This document shows, piece after piece, positions 51,930 to 64,000 of a DNA stretch of 64,000 bases. Source of the stretch: the human T2T-CHM13v2.0 reference genome, Homo sapiens; assembly GCF_009914755.1 (NCBI RefSeq), contig NC_060948.1; one strand, given 5' to 3'. Position 1 is the first letter of the stretch. Every line of letters starts with the position of its first letter. The position numbers were made by a program, and so were the translations under genes. The notes beneath the pieces are model-generated. The model worked only from the letters and a program-made list of their open reading frames with translations, had not been told where the DNA came from and ran no database searches.

Positions 51930-52425
51930 ACATTTTATACTCAAATATGGTATCTAATTTACAAATGCCACAGATGTATATTTTATAACCAAATATGCCA
52001 TCTAATGTATACCAAAACCATACATTTTATAATCAAATACAGTAGCTATTTAACAGACACAAGAGATATGTATTTTATAATCACATAAAGTATCTGTTTA
52101 GCTCATACCAGAGATATACATTGTATCATCAAATGTAGTAACTATTTAATACATTACTGGAAATATGCATCTTATAATGAAATGGAATAGCTATTTAGCA
52201 CATACAGAGATATATATTTTAAAATCAAAGAGAGTATCTGTTAGCACATACCAGAGATATGTATTTTATAATCAGAGTATCTGTCTAACATGTACCAGAT
52301 ATATGTATTTTTTAATCAAATGTAGTACCTGTTTAACACATGCCAGAGATATATATTTTATAATCAAATAAGCACATACTGGAGATATGAATTTTATAAT
52401 AAAGTATCTGTTTAGCATATATCTA
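51930..52425. repeat. Degenerate AT-rich ~45-49 bp minisatellite, ~10-11 copies
   Basis: Recurring gagatat(g/a)tattttataatcaaa...agtatctgtttagcacatacca. Confidence 0.85.
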
Positions 52426-54807
52426 ATAAAGTTTCACATAAATCAGAGATCATACATATATTCAGGATGAATAAATCACATATTTTATAAATATATTATA
52501 TATTTATTAATAACGAGTACACACAAAGTGCTTTAACATTCATTCATTCATTCATTCACCCACTCACTTTTAGGGCCCAGGACATGGACATAGAGTAGTT
52601 TTTCTCCGTGTCCCTATTATGCCAGCTCAAGGAATTGATGATCTCACAACAAAAGAACCGTGTTTTAAGAACTCCTTGGCTAATAGAATCGAGGCAGTGT
52701 CTCTGTTCTGATCTCATCTGTCCTTATGATTGTCTTTTCTTGAGCTTTCCTGACCTTTGGAATTCTTTCTTTTCTCTCTAGTGCAAAACATAACAGGCTT
52801 CAGGTAATATGAGAACGTATGCTTTGATACAGCAGAAGGTAATGGGTTTAAAGTAGAAAATTCAACATATTTGGGCACTGTCATTTGAAATACTTAATGA
52901 AATGTTGAATTGACAAGTATAATTACTTTGCCACTTAATAAATTGGAATATTTTTCCTCGATGTCCCTATTACACCAGTCTTTCACTTGCAAATTAAGAA
53001 CCTTTCTGTCTTAGAAGGGGAAGCAAGTGGTAGAGGCTCCAGGTTCTCTTCCAATATACACTTCTTCTTCCTTAGTAAAGGAATCCCAATTTTTATCTGG
53101 ACCTATGGCTGTACAGCTAGGTTATATATCCCAGCTTCCCTTGGAGTTAGGTGTGGCCATTTATTTCACTGTCGGGCAATGACAGGTGAGCTGAATAACT
53201 GTGGGACTTACAGTACAAGGAAGGTTGTATACTTTTCCATTTTTCCTGTTACCCAAAACTTAGATACGATTACTGGAGCTCCAGCAGCTATTGTTCATCA
53301 TGAGGTCAAGGATCACACCCTGAAGATGGCCAAATAGTGAGCTGGAAATACCAAAGTCCTAAATGATTTGAGGAGTCTACCTTACCAGCCGGCCCTCTAT
53401 ATTCCTGTTACCAGACAAAAGTAGTAAAACTTTTGTTATTATTGTATACAACAGAATTCAATCCTATCTGCTGTAGGGGTTCTTACTTCCAATTTTCCAC
53501 GTGAGGAAATTGAGATACAGAGATGTCAATCTACTTCACTCAAGTCACCAAACTTGGAAGGGGGCAACTTCCCCAGGATGGTCCTTAATATTTCTATTTT
53601 TCCTATCCCTGTTGCTCCATTTTGCCCTTTAGTTCTTTTCAATGCATTTTAATTGCCCTTTAGTTCTTTTCAATTTTCAAACAATGCATTCCTCGTGTTA
53701 TTCCGGTCCAGCCCCAGTGCCACATCATGGGTGTGTGACAGGAAGACTAGCAATGTTTAAAAGGGCATGAGTGAGGAATCAGAGTTTCTAGTGAACTTAC
53801 CATGATGTGATTGAGTACTTTGGACAGGAAGAGAGTGACAGCCACAATTAAACAGCAGGAAATGCACAGGCCCAGAACTATGAGGAAGATGGAAAGTGAC
53901 CCACCCAAGCCCCTTGACCCTGGACAATGTCCCAGGACAGTGTCTTGCTGATCATGTGACTGTGCATAGGAGGCACATCATAATTACTTGTAGAGTTGAA
54001 CCTTATATCTTCAGACAGCATTCAGTTTTCTTCTGTTGTTTAATGGAGTCTGCAATAAAGGGGCCTCGTGCACATGACCAACAGGGAGCCACAGAAGCCT
54101 TGCATTGTTTATAACACCAGAAAGGGACAATTTGCAAGTCCTGTTCTCTGTTTAACACTAATTCTTCTTAAGTCTGATCACCTCCCACAGTCTAATAGGG
54201 TTTTTATGATGAGTTATTTCTTTCCTTTCCATTTTTCAGGAAAGTGTGAATGTTGCTTTAAATGCAGTGTTTTTCTGTGGGTATAAACTTTTTATGTGAT
54301 TTAAATTACATAAAAATTTCAGTCGTGCTGAAGACACCTCTCATATTCTAGACTTTGGTGTTTTCGTAGAGCTCAGGTTTTCATCTGTTTGTTGTCTTCG
54401 GTTGTTTCACCGAAGTGAGGAAGGTGGAGGTGGCTGAAGGGGAAAAGGGACTTAATGTTACTTATATTTGTGGCACTGAGTCAGGAAAGGCCGAGAAAAT
54501 GGAACTAAGCCAATGGGGGTGAAGTCTACTCTCTGCTTGTGACTTGTTAAATACACAGACCTTATTTCTAAATTGTTTCTCCTTGTTTCTAAATTGCAGA
54601 TATTAGTGGATTTTATTAAGGTATATTTATGGATCCAATATGTGCATTAAAATTTATTTATCAATCACTTAGAAGCATCATACCTTAATAAGACTTAAGA
54701 TTAACTTCAACCATGGCAAATACCAGTATGAGTCCTTTTGAAACCCTCTACCAGTACTTTAAAATGACGTGATGTCTTTGAAAATTTTTTTATTTTTATT
54801 TTTTTAA

Positions 54808-55000
54808 CCGGGGCAATATGGCAAAAACCCATTTCTACAAAAATTACGGAAGTATGGTGGCATGTACCTGCAGTCCCAGCTGCTTGGGAAGCTGAGGTGG
54901 GAGGATTACCTGAGTTTGGGGAGGTTGTGGTTGCAGTGAGCTATCATTACACCACTACACTCTGGCCTGGGCAACAGAGGGAAACCCAGAAAAAAAGAAA
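54808..55000 (+). mobile_element. AluJ/FRAM-like partial
   Basis: ggtggcatgtacctgcagtcccagc...gcctgggcaacagag plus an A-rich tail. Confidence 0.8.
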
Positions 55001-56444
55001 ATTGCTTTTTAAAAACATATTATTTTAAAAGTTCCTGTAGTTTTCTGTGGCTTCACCTTATGACTATTTTAGCACCTTACTTATAGTACATATTCATTAA
55101 TAAATGTATCAGTGAATAAATGGAAATAAATTGAAGTTTAGTCCTAGATTTTTCACTAATAATTTTTCTTTACTAAATATGAACTCTTTCCAATGGTAGA
55201 ATAAGCCCCAGGAATGTTTACATATTTAGGCCATGTTTTCACAGATTCTTGTCAATTTGGAATAAAAATGAGAATTTTCAAGAGGAATTATTAACTCATT
55301 TGTTTTAAGAGAGAGAATTAGCGTTGGCAGGTGACTAAAATACCAGAATAGAATCATCTCCAGAACTGACAGATGCAGATCAGAAGAAAAGCTGTAGGAT
55401 TTCGCATTGTTTCTTTTCATTTGAGTTGGAATTCAAGTAATATTTTGACTCTGTAGTATTACAAGATTGTTTCTTGGCTTTTTGGCTAAGATTAAGTGTA
55501 TGCTATAACAGGAACATGAAAATGCAACATTGTATTACCCTAGTCCATGTGGATTTTGCATTCTGGGTCATTTTTCCTTTCATTATTGATACTTCTGTCA
55601 GAAAGAGAATTGTGGAATACTCCATGTAACTGTGCTTTTATATGAGATTGATACTGTGGTCCTTAGGCTCCTATTTCCTCATGGCTTAGACTTTTTATAT
55701 GGAAATGCAGCTCTGTCACTGTCATAGCACACAGTGGTAGCTGGCCTTGCCACCAGCTAGATTTGGCTTGATGGAAACCTGAATATCAATTTCTAGTTAT
55801 TATGAAATAGACACTCTTATTCTTCAGTGACTTTTAAGAATTTTTTTTGAATTATCTGTTTAATTTTTGAAACATGTTAGTCTTCCAGGGACTATTTTCT
55901 ATATGGTGTTCATAGGTGATCATATGCTAAATAACCCTTTAGAGCCTTCTCAAAATTAGATATTTGGAGTCATCATTTTTAATCATCCTTCTGCAAAAAC
56001 TAAGAAGCAATCCACCAAGAATCAATACTTAGTAGAGGTTAGTATGTCAGGTTTCTCAATCTTTCTTGTAGATTGTATTTTTACTTGTGTTTCTTTGATT
56101 TAAATATCTCATCTGTCTCTTCTCTACACCATAAGTGGGAGATTCTCACCTGTGTCCAAGGAGGTGGGTGTCTCTTTGTCTCTTTCTCTTCTACTCTAGG
56201 AATTGTTAATCAAGACTATTGTCAGGTGTGGCTACCTGTAGGCTATCTCATGAAAAAAAGGGAGATATGTTTGCAAATATGAAATTATTGTTCAAATCAC
56301 ATTTACTTCTCTCTCACCCCTGATAAATCAATGCTAATTTGCCCTGCCCCATAGAGCATCCCTGAATTTTACAGTGTGTGAGAAAAAACTTGAAGTGAAA
56401 AGACAACTCTATCCCTTTTTCCTGTATATTCTATAGCAGTAGTA

Positions 56445-56600
56445 TTCTCTGTAAAGTATCAGATAGTAAGTACTTTCATCATTGTCTCTGTCAGCACACC
56501 TACTCAGCTGCACCATTGTAGAGGGAAGCAGCAGCAGGCAGTATCTCAACAAAAGGTCCTGGCCATGTGCCAGTAAAACTTTATTTACAGAAGCAGATGG
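56445..56600 (+). mobile_element. MER58A-like DNA transposon
   Basis: tctgtaaag..cagatagtaa...ctactcagct...gccatgtgccagtaaaactttatttaca. Confidence 0.65.
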
Positions 56601-58513
56601 TGTGCCATAGTTTACCTCCCTATAGCAAGGAAAACTGCAAGCCTCAGTTTCCTCTTCTGTAACATGAGGGAACTGAATATAGGAGCATGACCTTTCTGCC
56701 TTATAGGGTTCTTGTAAACAGCATATTCAATTATACATGCAAAATCACTTTTAAATTATTACGCCCTGTGCCATCGTATTTATAATAATTATAGATAGCA
56801 ACATCTTATTCATTCTTCCAGCAAAGTATTTTTTATTTACTTGTTTTTTTGAGAAAAATATACCTTAAGAAAATGGAGCACTTCATTGAAGTTCTATCAG
56901 AAACATAATCCCAGCATCTATCACACATCCAGACAAACACTGAACACTCAGGGAAAGTTTGAAGAATGAATAAACTGGCCCTTCCAGTAGAGGTTAACCC
57001 ATCAGGTCCTTTGTTTTAAGTTGCTCACTCACATTATATAATAGCAGTTGCTTGAATTCACAAAACATGTTCTCAAGAGGTACTCCTAACGTATCGATAT
57101 ATAAAGCAAAGTTTAACAAGTACTGCCAGATGTTTAGCCTGTTTAGGTGTAACATGTGGACTTATCTCTTTAGAATTGATTCCATTAATTTTAGTTTTCA
57201 AAACTATACTTTCAGAGAACAATCACAGATGTCAACCACACAATTGGGCATGAGCTTTTTGTTGAGCTGTTGCTTATTTATGTGTCTTAGGACTCAAGCA
57301 TTGACTTGAATGTGGAGCACACAGAGAATGTGGTCAAAGATTAGAGAAAAGAACAGTAGGTCTAGCAGTGGGACTCAGAGGTGGTCACTGTACGGCATCT
57401 AATGAGTATGATTTTGAAACCATCTTGCCCTGGAATTTTTATGTACTTGCCTTCCCTTTTTCTTTGAGGATGATGGCGCTATGTGATGAAAACTGACAAA
57501 CACACAGGAAAACTCTAACAGGGTGGACTGGCAGTTACTTTTCTTTAGGACAATTCTGGGGCTGCAGAAGCTCATGGCAGTAGCTACCAGCATGTAAAAT
57601 GCTGTCAATGAAGCAAGGAGTTGGGAATGTCTCACAGCCATATGTTGTGAACAGCCAGATAATTCACGGACAGAATTATTTGTGCAAGATTTTAAATTAT
57701 CAGTAGAGCACAAGATACAAAATATTTCCACTTTTAATTTGAAGGTTGAAGAATATTTATTGTTTTGACGGTTGTTTCCAGAAACTTTGCTGGAATCTGC
57801 ATGCCTGAATAAATGTGTGGTTGTCCTGAGTGATTCAGCTTACGAGAGCATAAATCAGGAGTAAGAGGTATCACAGGTGCATATCTGAGCAGTGGTCATC
57901 AAGGATTGTGAAGGAGCTGGTATCATTAAAATTTAATCAGGTCATTTAATAAACTGCTGTGTATTTTCCTAGTCATTTTTCCAATCAGAACAAGCTAACA
58001 AGATTGAATATAATTTAGAAGAAGGGTTTTTGATTCTTTGAGACTGCAATCATTAACTCCAGAGTAAATTAGAACACTCTTCAATTTAATGAGCCAGATT
58101 GCCCTTCTTTTTATTAAGTTAAATAAATCAGAAGAGCTGTTACTTAAGCTTGTATATCTTTTAATATTTTCTGTTGAAACTTACATGAATTTTTAAATCA
58201 TTGATGACAGCTTCTGTTGACAATATGAAATAATTTTGGAAGCGGTCTTTTTCCTTTTGGTTATTATCCTATTCCAGAATTTGATATTTATACCTAAGGC
58301 AATCAGGAAAAAAAAAAAGAAAGTTCTGAAACAGAATCAGATATTTTGGGGTCTATTTTTTGCAAAACACCCTCTTTAAGATTATACCTTTATATAACCA
58401 GCTATATTTTATGTATATACCTAGGGGTACATATATAAACACACATATATACAAATATATATATATACATGCATATACACATATGAATAATATGTGTAAT
58501 ATAACACACATAA

Positions 58514-64000
<5,487 letters not shown>

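Noticed and set aside
51930-52425. CRISPR-like repeat-spacer array (also considered for 21645-22610)
   Set aside because: The units are contiguous diverged tandem copies with no unique spacers, in primate DNA with no cas genes.
57399-57731. 110-aa ORF, or further PNPLA4 exons
   Set aside because: No similarity to PNPLA4 or any protein I recognise; the remaining exons probably lie beyond the L1PA.

Overview
This is human (or very closely related ape) Y-chromosome-like DNA, mostly interspersed repeats. The one intact gene is the two-exon testis gene VCY/VCY1B (+; CDS 20947-21048 + 21241-21516, 125 aa). It has a CpG-rich promoter and is followed by a ~1 kb G-rich minisatellite containing many copies of the PRDM9 13-mer hotspot motif. 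Three decayed exons of an unprocessed PNPLA4 pseudogene lie downstream (+; 45732-51257) and are not evident from the ORF track. Repeats include an SVA, a gammaretroviral pol remnant, several L1s (an L1PA runs off the right end), many Alus, MaLR LTRs, DNA transposons and STRs. The most unusual features read from the sequence are: a composite, locally templated insertion with fold-back junctions inside the ERV integrase; a mitochondrial ND5 NUMT inside an L1; a micro-inverted Alu; and several dispersed 85-175 bp duplications. I see no evidence for a new multi-gene system. Subfamily names and locus identities come from recall, not from database searches, and repeat boundaries are approximate.
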